A stretch of DNA of 64,000 nucleotides, from positions 3,991,671 to 4,055,670 of the forward strand of contig JBNZDD010013730.1 in NCBI GenBank assembly GCA_050575255.1. Direction: 5' to 3'. Source of the stretch: Harriotta raleighana (lineage: Eukaryota). This document shows, piece after piece, positions 25,166 through 37,700 of the stretch (positions are counted from its first letter, which is position 1; each line of letters begins with the position of its first letter). Position numbers and translations under genes: made by a program. The notes under the pieces were generated by a model that worked only from the letters and a program-made list of their open reading frames with translations, made no database searches and was not told the DNA's origin.

Positions 25166-26779
25166 ATGGGTGCCTCCCCCACTCCACCCATGCCCTGCAT
25201 TAGGATCAAATCTGCTTTACCAGACTGCACTCTACCATGAGTGGGATAGTGATGGTAAATCTAAATCAATGGATAAATTGCCTCCAAATGGATTTGAAAA
25301 AAGCACCCCCACTCTCTTTGTCGTTATGATAGGGGGGCAAAGTGTACAATGAAATGACAGTGCAAATTATACACCGAATATAATCCTCTTACAATCACTC
25401 AGATTTTTATTCTTTTTATTAATAGAGCTTATCTGATTGCTTGTCACTCGTTAACTATATTACGGTTTCTCAATAGAATGACTATAAAACGAGGAGTGAA
25501 AGAAATTGCAATAACTCTGGCGACAGACATTTATTTCAATATTTTTCACTACGGCATATTTCCCAGCAGATGAATGTAGAAGAGACAGAGAGAGAGAGTG
25601 AGCTTCGTTTTTTGATCCAGTGCAATGACATCATGAGTAAAAAAAAAATCATATTTTAATTAATCACAAAATGGTTGTTTCCAGATGAAGCAGTGATCTG
25701 TTAATGGAGATGGAAAAGACTGATTTAGTATTTAAAACTGGACTTCTACATCCATCATAGGAAGCAACAGTATGCAAGGTCCAATGATATTTTGGTCTCT
25801 CTGTTTATTTAGTCCACAGATACCCAGAAATAGGTTTCTCAGCACTTTCATCAGTGCCTAAAGATGGAGAGAGACCGAGCCCATGAGTCATGACAAAACC
25901 ATATGGCATTCCTGGGCAGCAATGATTTACTGGCTACTCTTAACCCTCTGCCACATGGCCCACACATAGCTGAGGCTAGAATAGACTTGGTAGCACTTTA
26001 GAACAGCTATCGTCAACATATTTGGCTGGAAAAATGAAAACCCTGTCATTTCAGTGGCCTGGCAAACTTTCTGACAAATGGAAAAATTAATGAATATTAA
26101 CCTCCATCTGTCATCAAGAGACTTGGTATAGCATAATCCTTTCATCAAATTGAGTAAAGAACATTTTGTTTCAAGGCTTGGAAACGTAAAGTAATTATAA
26201 TTGTAAAAGACCTCTTCTGGTGCAGTGCCTTTAAATCATTCAAACAATTGCGTGCAGGAAAGGAATTATCCAATACAGATTTTTCTTTTTAAAAAAAACT
26301 ACTGTATCTCCAGCTACATCAATGGGCCACCTGACTTCACAGTGCAGTCTTGACTTTATTAGTTTCCTTGGACATTCAGGTGTCGGGCACAAATAGAAAC
26401 TCCTTGCTGTGCTTAAGGAGCTCGTGTTCCAGCCACCATGGAAATAATAATGGTCTCATCTGGCACCTTCATGGGAGCATGGACTATGACGGGAATCTTG
26501 CTAAAGGCCATCTTTATTTGTAATTCAATTAAGAGCAACCTGCTATTAAGACCCACTTGCCATAATGTACCAGTTTTGCTGGGTAAAAGAAAATCAATTA
26601 TAGCAACTACCAGGTTTGTTCTTAGTCACTGCTAATGATTAACGCTGTACGACAAATAGTTTATGTTTATTGCACCCCCAAAATAATTGAATATGGGTGG
26701 CAGAATCCGTCCCAGATCATAAAATAGCAGAAGTTTCTGTTTCTTCCTTCGCTGCAGTGCAAAGCAATATTATTTGATA

Positions 26780-27175
26780 CTTTATTTAACATCCCCCCTC
26801 CCTTCTCTCCTTGTCCCCTGAAGGGCTTTACTCGTGCTGGTGGTCTATTGTTCCACTGGTACCTCCTGGCCCTGGTACCTTGCCCAAGTTTCCATAATTC
26901 ATGTCCGAACCTAACCACAGAACCTATGTGAGCGGGTGGGAGGGTAGCAGGGGAAGGTGGAAGGAGCAAAGGGAAGACATCACTGCAATGTTTGATCCCG
27001 TGTTCACCTTGATGTTCACACACACACACACACATACACACACACATGCAGGGCTCACTGGAACAGGAGCAGGAATCCTGTGTGATTCTTCTCCCGCTTT
27101 CTGAGTCTAGTGACGCTGATCTCAACCACTGTAACATGCCTATTGCTAGAACTGGATGCGATCCACTGAACCAAA
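26780..27175 (-). mobile_element. Ancient SINE-like interspersed repeat (family unassigned), with internal (CA)n
   Basis: GC-richer block; weaker related segments at ~2220-2345 and ~54200-54410. Resemblance to ancient gnathostome tRNA-SINEs is from memory, not from a search. Confidence 0.45.
27017..27047. repeat. (CA)n microsatellite
   Basis: cacacacacacacacacatacacacacaca. Confidence 0.95.
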
Positions 27176-28419
27176 GCGTTGAAAACACTTTTTATATTTT
27201 TGTTTATGAGAATGAAACAGTTCAGAGATTACCGGAATGCTTCACGCAGAATACAAACCGGGAGTTTACATTCCTCTTTTCAGGGTAGAAGACGAAGTGG
27301 TGCCTCCTTCAAGTACGCCATTTGCTCGAAATATATTTCAAAGAGGTGAAATCACTTCCCAATTACAAGAATGATTTTCCCCAGGAACATCTGAAGTGAA
27401 TATTCAAAGTATAAACAAATCCACATCACATGACAATAGTTTAATTTGTACACATATTGCCTCTAGCTGCACTGATGCCATTAAGCCTAGATTTTTTTTA
27501 AAAAAAAACCTCTTTACCTAATTAACTTTACCTAATTAATTTTTTAAGTTCGGTATAAACAGAATACATTATGAAGACCCGTGGGAAACAATTTAAATCC
27601 CATGAGTGTGCTGACCTGATAACTCAAGAATGACAGATCCCTGCAAGTTATGGTCTGTATCAAGAGTGGGATATAAAAAAATCATATCCTACAGGTATTC
27701 GAAAATGTACCTTTACATTCCTCTACATATTTATGGACAATTTATACCCTATGCTAATTTCTACACTAATTAGTGCTATGTGCACAAAGCAAAATTGAAG
27801 GCAGGTGAAAATTGGCAGAAATTTGCGAGCCTGTAAATAGTGTGTTACAAATGAGCCGCGCTACGATTCCATTCAAATCATTGTCCGTTTCACTGTGCAA
27901 CGTATGCAGCTGCACCAAAGAACATTCTTCGGGCTGTCCTAGTTTAACTGGTGCAGCTGCGCCCCAGTTAGAATCAAGCCCCAGGGAAAGAAAAAATGGA
28001 CATTGTCAGCTTTACACAGCAACAAGCACATCTGTTGGCTGACTGCAAAGCTGAATCATGGAGAAGTTTGTGCCCTGGACTATTACGCTGTCCTCCTGTG
28101 CGAAACAGCTGCACGAGAAAGAAAAGCTTTGTTGAAGCATGGTGGAAAATCGGAAAGTAATATCAATAATAAATTGGATAACAGTATAAATTGGGAATGG
28201 TTGTGAGGGACTTTCAGCACTGATTTAATTGTGGGGATTTTGAAAATATCCGAAGCTGCAGTAGCACAGCCTAAATAGTCCTGGACTTCATCTGGACCCC
28301 AAGATTAAATGGCTCCATTATGTTTGCTTTCTACCATCTGTCATTTTTCATATTATATGCTACAGTTTAGCAACAGGAAGCAGAAGGTGATAATAAATAG
28401 AAAATCAGCTTTTTCAGAA

Positions 28420-28930
28420 CAGTGACTTCAAAGAGTACCGGGCCCTTTGTTGGCTACAATATTTATAAATGACTAGGAGGAGAGTATTTCATGCAATGTA
28501 ACATTTGTTGATGATATCAGACTTCGTGGGCAAGTGAGTAACACGAGAATAAATAGCATACAATAAAGTGTGGGTTTTAATGTACAGAAATGTTCAATCG
28601 GAAGGGGTATCTCTTAGCAGGGTACAAAATGGCTTGGGTTTGATGATTGATCATCCACAGATTGCCAGGCAACTTGACGCTGCTGTCTTAAAAAGCTAAT
28701 CAAATACAGTACTTGGGTGCATCTTGAGAGCTTTTCACTGTAGGTTGCGAGGAATTGTTCTACCATTCATCAGAAAAAGATTGGGGAGTGGGACATGATC
28801 CAGGTCCTTAAATACCGAGGGGCATAGATGAGTTAAGTGCATTATTTCCCTTTGACCTTGAAAGCAGAACTAAAGGACAGAAATTTAAAATGAATCCATG
28901 ATTTGTGGATCTGTGGGGAGAGTGATCCTG
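28420..28930 (+). mobile_element. Ancient CR1 RT fragment
   Basis: VPGPLLATIFIND*EESISCNVTFVDDIRLRGQV (CR1 GPLLFxIFINDL...FADD), followed by FNVQKC and KKANQ..LGCI remnants. Confidence 0.75.
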
Positions 28931-29262
28931 ATGGGCAGAAAGCCTTTTCTCTTTCCATGCTTTCTTATTGTTTCAGTATCAGCTTGAAATAACACTTATA
29001 TAACTCTGCCTGACATCTGTGTTAAACTTGTGTGGATGTCAATCAGTAAAATAATATTGTTTTTCAAGGCGGATAATTATTACTCGTGTTCTGGGAGGAT
29101 TTCATTTGTGGGCAACAGCTAACAGGAGATTAAGTGACATAGACACTGGTGTTGGTAGTGAGTAGTTTTAACCAAATGAAAGAACAGTTTAGTTGAGTAA
29201 TAGGTCATCTTCTTTCTTGGGTATGTCTGGAGTTTGCTTCCAAAGTGAGTGCATTTGCTTTG

Positions 29263-29400
29263 ACAACAACAACAACAAAAGTACATTTATAAAGCGCCTG
29301 TCACGTTGGGAGGATGTCCCAAGGCGCTGAACAATCAGGTCCGAGCGGGGGGTGGGGGCGTGGAGGATCGGGGTGGGGGGAAGAGGCTCAAATCCTTGAA
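29263..29400 (-). mobile_element. Short tail-only L2-type insertion (family 'B') with C-rich leader
   Basis: rc: C-rich tract...TTCAGCGCCTTGGGACATCCTCCCAACGTGACAGGCGCTTTATAAATGTACTTTTG(TTG)n. Confidence 0.8.
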
Positions 29401-32400
29401 GTTTGAGCTTTGGGCTCAAACATCAGTTAGTACTTCTGGACAATATAAATTACAGCCTTTTTTTGGGTTCAGCCAGGTTGATGACATGTGGAAACCATTC
29501 GCATGCTCTTTAGCGTATCCATACCTGATTGGGATGTCCACATTTGTATGCCACATACGCGTAGAAATGTTTCACTTTCTAGACTGGAATACACACACTC
29601 TATCTATGGAGGGATGCACTCTACTTGCCTAATTCGATGGGGGTTTGCAAAAGCCATGGGTTGTTCAGCTAGGATCACGTTACCCTAGCTGCAAGGTTAA
29701 GAGGATTTGAGCGGGAAGAATCCATTCTTCCAGTGACTGATCTGCCCTTCAAGTCCTTCTGTTGAGCCAAGCTGGCTGGTATATTATCACCAACGCCTTG
29801 AAGTACCTGCCTGGCTCAGGAGCTAGAGTAGCGAGATGTCCACAGCTGATTAACTTGATTCCAACATTCCTTCGCCAAGCACGTCCCCTTGGAATCAGCT
29901 GACCCTGAAAAAAAAATCCCACAATCCCATTTACCCCCTGGATCTCTGGAGAATGGTTATATCGCTGCTTAGTTAGCAGCCGTGCTTGTGATCTGAGCTC
30001 CACCAGTGTGTAAACTGGGTTAGATTTGAACATTCTGATCTCGGTTTACTGGTACAAACAATAAAAATAAGCATTATGGTAACGAGGCAGATTTGATATT
30101 GACGCTTACTGTGCCCCGATTAAAAAGTAAAACCTCAAAAGCAGACGGCAGGGTAAGGAGCTAGCGGCATATCAATGATTCGGCGTTTTTATGCAAAATT
30201 TGGATTTAAATTAAACCTGGATTGATAGCATAAAAGCCTCCTCTTGTGGATGGATGTGAGGTTACAGGTGAATTGCATTTTTATCAGTCTCAATGAATCT
30301 GCAGCACAAAACTAACCTGAATCCAGCACTAATTGGGTAAGCCCACTCCGACAAGGGCAGAGGTTGCAAAGAATGGAAATCTTATTCTGAGGCAGGAGAG
30401 AGTGTCCTTCTCGAGTTGGCATTGAACGGCTGCATTGGATACAAGTTGTACCACATCAGAGATAGCCTCTGAATGTCTTATACAGGTACAATGTGGAAAA
30501 ATACTGCTTTGTGACATTGTCATCCCACACCTTGACATTAAAATGCAGAGAAAGTTATTTAAATGAATAATAAAAGACCTACAAAATGCACTTTGCTGAA
30601 TCAGTCCTAGTTGGGTGGGATAATTTGGCAATTACAAGGAACGACTCACACTCGCACTGTAGAGACCACACGGGATGCAAAATTGATTCTCCAGGGAGAC
30701 ACATAGCTGTAATATGGTGGCAATCCCTCCTGATTAAGAGTAGGGTCACACTTTTTTCAACACACTGAACTTTTATCTGGTCAGACTGCTTTATTAGCCA
30801 AATAAATTAAATCCCCATGGTCTAATTTGATAGTACAGGTTACTAAAGTATGCTTCTAACTCAAGCTTTCTGTTATTCAGATATGTGGGGCGGGTTCATT
30901 TCCTCTGTTCTGATTTCCTAGGGTAAATTGTATTTGGCTAAATGACTTGAAAGCAGCTTACTCTTGTTTCAGGGAAAGATGCATAAAGACCTAAGTATCT
31001 CTTAATGAACATACTCCATTATTGTCGGGAAAGATTAATGTTGGGTTCAAAAGTGTTTCCCTTTTCTTTTAGCCAATATGTTTGGTTATAATGTCATTAC
31101 ATGTAACCTATAGGATTGATCTTAGTGTCTCTGGATTATGCCTTGGAGCAGAGCCTCAATAAGTAATTCCACCCTATCTGTATCTGCAACATGTCAAACA
31201 TTCAACTGGTGGAATGCTGCAGAAATGTCTAAGTCACAATGTGGATTTTGAACGCACAGTTCTCTCATTCAAATTTGAGAAGGCTTTTTACCAAGTTGAC
31301 ATTATACCTTTACAATAACATTTTATGCATTTTGTCCAAGCAGCTTGCGCTTCGCATTTGATATCTTTTTTCGTTCCATCTTAATCTCATCCGCAGATAC
31401 TATGGCTTCATATCTAATTCTATCATTCAGTTAGCGGATGTTGAAGATCCTGCTGTGAATTAGTCCTCTGGGATCAATTGAGATTCTCCAGCCACTCTAT
31501 TACCATTTTGCTCGCGAGCTATTCCCAGTATAAAAATAAATTTAAATAACTAAATCGAATAAATAGATTAGAACGTAACCTAGGATTGCTCAGGCTATTA
31601 AGATCCATCTGACGGGACCCAAATATTTGATCAGTAAACACAAACACTGCCAAAGATTACGACATATTATATTCAGACGAGATGAGGTTCTTTCAGTTGT
31701 AAACATTTGCAAATATTTCTTTACCTTTGAGTTGCAGGAGCAAATAATTCATTTTGGCCAGGTTATGGGCAAGTCTGTGTTGGCTTAATTATTAAATAAA
31801 AATACTGACCCAGCACAGTATATTCTGTGTTTTGCATTTGGGAGCTTGAAAAAGACGTAATAATGCTTCATTCCAGAAGGTAGATATGATACAGTAGAGC
31901 ATAACTGTGTTGCAAGTTTTAAAGTTGGGGTATTGCTTTTCCTGAATACACTATTGATATTGTATATTTCAGCATTAAATCTGCAGAAATAATAAAGCAC
32001 TGCACATTGTCTGAATTTCTATATTTATTTCATCACACCATTTTTCATTTAAAAGCCATTTAAAATTTTATTGCTGCAATTTATTTATGAACATCTCTTC
32101 TCTTAACTTATCCAGAGAACACACATGCCATCTGTTACCCATTTTGAATCTATGAATCAAACTTAAATTGGGAAAGTAATTGTTGGAAAGGAGACAGAGT
32201 ATTACAGTTCATAAAATAAAACTCAGCATCTTCCTCTTCTTTTTCCAAATTCAATCCAGGCGGCGTATGATTTTATTTCAGTTTGGAAACATCCAAATGG
32301 ATGGCTATAGTCCATTCTGCTCTGGTACAATTCTATGTTCCTTTTAATGGTGTTTGTGGCTCCATAAAAAATACAACTACATGATAGTAGCATTAAAGCA

Positions 32401-33424
32401 AATTGTAACAGAATCCCAGCTGATTGCTTGGATGGAAACACTTTATATTCTAAGATTCGGAGCACATCAGATCAGGCTGCACACTGTAAATACTGTACGA
32501 TCATACTTTGTGGCACTAGAGGAATTAATAATGTCACAATTTAACTTTCAATCCTCTGTGTTATCAGGTGGGAAGTAAACATGTTTTTGTGGTTAGCAGT
32601 CAGGATGTATTTTTGACCAGATGAGTAGAGGACTTCAGCTACATTTTAAGAGACATTTTTTGTGGCTTTTGTATTTTTCGTGTGGACGTTTCTGTTTCTA
32701 CTAATGGGAAATCAAGACTGTTGAAATGTAACGTCTAACTTTCTCCAGGGCTATAATTAGTTTCATTGTTGGAAAGTACAAGAGCACTCCTCAGGAAACC
32801 AGCAAGGTAGAATGTCATTTATTTACACGGCTTAATATTGCAGCTATACAGGGTGCTGCCAGAGAAAGGCAAGCTTTGCGCCTGGCAGAATTCTGATGTA
32901 GGGTGGGAGGTTCAGGAGCTATCGACCGGCAGATCGTTTGTGCTTTCCCATTTGAGGCTTCCCTCGTGGGCGTTAAACCGCTCCAGGAAAAGTACACTTT
33001 GGCGAATGCAAAGCAACATTCTCTCCGCTTTACACGCCTTAACCGCCAACCTTTGACGACCCGGATTCTCCTACTGCAGCGTGTTAATCTTTGGGCCGCA
33101 TTAACCACGAGAGAAAACACCAAATAGGTATCCGTTTTGTGCTGGAGGCCCACATTCACCAAGCTCAGGATTCTGGCCACTCAGTTCATGAGCCTCTATA
33201 GTCAGAAGAAGCATTTTGAACTCGGGTCAAAAAAGGTGACGTGTTTTTCCCCCTTTAAGCTGCTGGAAGCAATTCAGATCGGAGAAGCTGATTATGCGAA
33301 GCTACTCCGAATTACTCTTGGGGGCAGGGGACCAAAGATACACATGATCAGAGCTTCACTAACACATCAAACCCCCGGTATTTATTGTAAAATGTGGTTA
33401 CTTCATTACTGCTTTGTGCAAGGT

Positions 33425-34075
33425 CACTTGCCCATTTGTGCCCAGGGCTCCGTCTGCCTCCTAATCTTCCTCGACCTCTCTACTGCCTTTAATTCCATCT
33501 TTCTCTACCACCTTTCTTCTCACCTCAACCTTCAAGGTTCTGTCTTTGAATGGTCCAGGTGTTATCTCTCACACCATCTCCAATGTGTCTCCGCCAATGG
33601 TTTTTCTCTCCCTCCCCTCCTACCTACCCGGCCCCTCCCCATGCTCAGGTCCCGACCCCTGACTGTTCAGCATCTTGGGACGTCCTCCGGATGTGAAAGG
33701 TACTCTGTAAATGTAATTTTGTTGTTCTTGTTCTCTTCCGGTCCCCGCACATTCTTGTGCAGTGTTTCTCAAAGCTCTGTCCTCGTCCCCTCCTCTTTAA
33801 CCTACATATGCTCTTGCTTGATGGCATCATCCACAAACATTGGATCAACTTCCATATGTATGCAGTTTGACACCCAACTCTATCTCTCTGCCTCCAGCCT
33901 CAATTGCAGGACAACTGATGTCCTGACAGACTGTTTATCAGCCATCAAGTCCCAAGAATGAGAGCCAACTTTCTGCAATTGAATGTCAGCAAGACTGAGA
34001 CCCTCCTGTTTGCTCGCGCAGTACCTCTGACCTCAGGCATTGGCAGCATCAGCAACCATGGATGCACACTCCAAC
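33425..34075 (+). mobile_element. Older L2 RT fragment, interrupted by a nested insertion
   Basis: LIFLDLSTAF, VFEWSRCYLS, SVSQSSVLVP, FDTQLYLS, DCLSAIKS and MRANFLQLNVSKTE (L2 RT). Confidence 0.88.
33610..33730 (+). mobile_element. Tail-only family 'B' element nested in L2, with TTCTCT target-site duplication
   Basis: C-rich leader plus TTCAGCATCTTGGGACGTCCTCCGGATGTGAAAGG...TTTTGTTGTT; TTCTCT at 33604-33609 and 33731-33736. Confidence 0.8.
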
Positions 34076-34084
34076 TCACTAAGC

Positions 34085-34175
34085 CAGATCCCTTCCGTCC
34101 TGATCCCCAACTGTTCAGCGCCTTGGGATGTCGCCCTGATGTGAAAGGCGCTTTACAAATGTAATTTTGTTGTGG
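34085..34175 (+). mobile_element. Tail-only family 'B' element
   Basis: CTGTTCAGCGCCTTGGGATGTCGCCCTGATGTGAAAGGCGCTTTACAAATGTAATTTTGTTG. Confidence 0.8.
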
Positions 34176-34384
34176 TTCTTATAACAATGGACTGCCCTTG
34201 AACTTTTACGCTCTACATTCATGTTCATTGGAATTGACTGCAGTGGATTTATACTGGACATTGATTTGAAACCACTGGCTTTTTGGTGTTGCAGTATCCT
34301 GTTTATTTCCCTTACTTAAGAAACATGATCAAGCCATCCCATGTATCTAAATAACGCAAGAGTATTTTGGTATTACTATCCTGT

Positions 34385-34790
34385 TACTGTACTATGGTAG
34401 TGCAAGAGATTTCTATTGTTGGAGGTTCCACCTATAAGATGAGATGTTGAATGGAGGACCTGATTGCCTGTTCACATGAGGGTTAAAGATCCCGCAGCAC
34501 TGTTTGAAAAGAGAAGGGAATTTCTCCTAATATCCTGGTCACTAATCCTGCTATTTTTTATTAAAAAAAAGGAAAAGGGATCATTCATTCCTTGGCTACT
34601 TGTGGGACACAGTTGCTTACGAATCACAGTCACTATATTTTACAGAAACAATAGCAAAACAACATCAAAATTACACTTGTATAGCTCCTTTCACGTCAGG
34701 AGGACATTGCAATTTTACAGAAAGCTTTGTGAAGCAGTCTGAGACATATTAACACGATAAGGAGCCATAACAAATGCAAGGATTGTTACT
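34385..34790 (+). mobile_element. Old DeuSINE-like element, interrupted at ~34648-34706 by an antisense family 'B' tail
   Basis: TTGTTGGAGG...GATGAGATGTTGAA...TTAAAGATCCCGCAGCACTGTTTGAAAAGAGAAGGG...TTGTGGGAC; the insert reads AACAACATCAAAATTACACTTGTATAGCTCCTTTCACGTCAGGAGGACA. Confidence 0.75.
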
Positions 34791-37700
34791 ATCCATTGAA
34801 TGTATTAAAGGTACAGATAAACTTTGGCCTTTGGTGTAGTGTCATCATCTCAAAATTAATATACACACTGCTGCCAGTGGACATGTCTGTGGAATCTGCT
34901 GCCTGCTTTTACTGAACCAATATTAGTTCCATTCATTAGCTTCTGTGTTCAGTGTTGTATATATAAGTATCCTGAAGCTTTTACAAAAGGTGAAGACAGC
35001 AGTGATTGAAAGCAGTTTGTTGTCACTGTTTCTCTGTTCTGTTTTGCTTTTCCCTGTCAAAATGGATTTGGATCTTTTTAGGACCAGACTTCAGTTCTGA
35101 AACAAAGGTGTTTTATCTTTTATGCCCTAAAATAATGTTCTATAAAACATGCTGCAAAAAGCAGAGCAGACTGCAGAAGATGTGGGTCACGTTTCATGTG
35201 TATCAACAAAATGGAAACAGCTACTTTTTCTTCCGTATTACATTCATCATAATGTTTTGATAATCCTTTTCTTGGCTGTAAATTTTAAAAACAATTCGCT
35301 CAACTGCAATCGACAAGTGCTGAAAAATCTGATAATATACAAGAAGGCCTTTGCATTGGCATATATCTTTCTTGTTTTGCAAACCTCATCCCTGTAAAAA
35401 CAAAGACAATTTGTATGAATAAAACAATACTGGCTTCTAATCGATAGAATTTATATATCTGAGCATTTGGAAAGCCAAAACGTTATTTAAGACGGTGATA
35501 ACTTCTGAAAATGCATATCTTTAACAGAAGCGCTATGTGCAGTCTTCAACAAACATGAATGATGTTTATACATCAGCCTATTTATCAGCCAGAGTGCTAA
35601 TTACCTCATAGAATGCAATATTTTCTTCTTCTGTGGCATTAAAGTATTCAATGATAAGTCAAAAGTGGTCAAGCTGACCAGAGAATAACCTACATGAGCA
35701 TGAATGCATTAGAATGGTCTCAAGCAAAAGGACTTTATTAAACTGCCAGTTTCTAATCAGCACACTTAACTAGCTTTCATTAATCTTTCATTGGACTGTA
35801 GTTTGTCAGCAGCCGGCACAGAGTGCTAATGTTAACAAGAGCACTTAACAAACATGACCAGTTAATCAATGAGAATTTGAAAGATTACTTGCCAAGCATA
35901 GTTGTTGTAATTACGATAAATGTAACTTTGTTAAAAATTAAAAGATATCCATTAGTGCTGTCATTATAGATTATCCTCCTCATTTCAGTTACCGCTTTTA
36001 AATATAGCACACTTTATAAAAGGCTTTCAAGATTTGTAATAAAAACTACATTATTGCATTTTTACTAATACATCTTCCAAAGTAAATGTGTAAGTTAATC
36101 GGTATGCTGAAGACTAAATTTTACATGTCAGGAGAACTTATGTTAAAGTTAGTCATACATGGACTAAAAATGGAAGCATCCCTTGCTGGAGAAAATACAG
36201 TTAATGAGTAAGTGCAATGCACAATTCCTACTTTCAAAAATGTCAGTTCATATTGAACCTTCATTCCAGATACCCTGCAATTACATTGTCAACAGAACAA
36301 GGAGTAGTGATGGATGATGCACCAGTTCATGAAACCAAACTTTCTACGAGTTACTTAAGCTGAAACTAAGTGCTTTTACATTCCAGGGCTTATTGATAAC
36401 AGTGGGTTTATATTTATCACCCTGTCGCTTTAGTTGACTGTATCAGCCTCCTCACTTCTAGAATATGGACACTAATGGAGGTATGTCCTTATTGCTCTAA
36501 AGAGGTCATGAATTCATTCAGCTAACACTTTCACGGAATAACTGCAAGCTTACAAACTGTGTTTTCAGCATTTTATTGAAAGTACTAGCAACTGCTGTTA
36601 TTAGGTCGTAAGAATTCAGTTTCCGATTGGCTTCCTTGACTCTGTGACCCGTGTGACCCCCTACCGCACAGCTCTCGCCTCAAACTAATATACTGTTTCT
36701 ACTGCCCAGTCTTGCAGTTAGTTAGTGGGCTGGTATTGGGCTTGGGGAAAGTCTGTGTTATGATTGCAGGACTCTGGTTATGAGAAATTCTGTCCAAGAT
36801 CAATAATAGTTTTCCTGCTTTAATAATGGTTTGATATGATTTGTCACAGGCTGGCTCATAGAATCCTCCAGTTTTATTGTCTCACTTGCAGCCTTCTACC
36901 TTGTCCTTGAGATATGAGTTCAGTTAGCCACGAAAAAAAAAATCTTTTTAAAGCCGTATTTTGTATGGTTTAGTTACTGCACAAAGGCTAAACCTTGATT
37001 GTACTATACCATCCAGGTGTGCTGTCATGTTCGCACACAGATGTTTAACTCTGCTCTGGAAATGGGTGCAGGTATAGTGAATGGCTGGAGGCTATTTTCT
37101 ACAACACCAACATTGGTTTATGGATGTTCAAAAGATTTTGATGGCTACTCAGACTGTCAGCCGAGATTTCCAATTCCTTCTGTTAACCCTGTAATGCTCA
37201 TTGCTTGTTCGGCACCTGCATCTACTCAACTGAAATCCCAGATGATTCTGCCCAACACAGAAAGAAAACATTCCTGTAGCATATGCAATACAATAAAACT
37301 ATTTTTAAATCCATACTTTACACTGGTCTCACATTTCACCAATATATTCAAACAATGTAGATGTCAGATTGGGACTCGAGACATTACTGTATAAAGACTT
37401 GAAGCATAAGCTTTCCATTACGGAAATGAAACCACAAGCTGAATCAAAAATATGTTTTACCTTATAAAAAGGAGCACGCATATAATGAAAAAAAACCCCG
37501 TGGTGTTGAAATGTTCTACAGATTTATTTCACTTGAGAGGAAAAAAAGCAATATCTATAACTCAGTTGTACTTGTTCTTTACCGAGTTATGTGGATTTCT
37601 TAAGTAAAACTGATGTCAGACTGCACGTCATTATTTTCACAATAGAACTGTGTATTCTGGGTCTCGTCCAAGTCTCATTATTATCATATACATTATCCTC

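Noticed and set aside
27284-27345. + strand exon after the strong acceptor TTCCTCTTTTCAG
   Set aside because: Only weak donors (GTACGC, GTGAAA), a 62-nt length and no recognisable peptide.
33137-33961. Longest ORF (274 aa) as a gene
   Set aside because: Chance fusion of unique DNA, decayed L2 RT and a nested tail element; the RT catalytic motif is disrupted.
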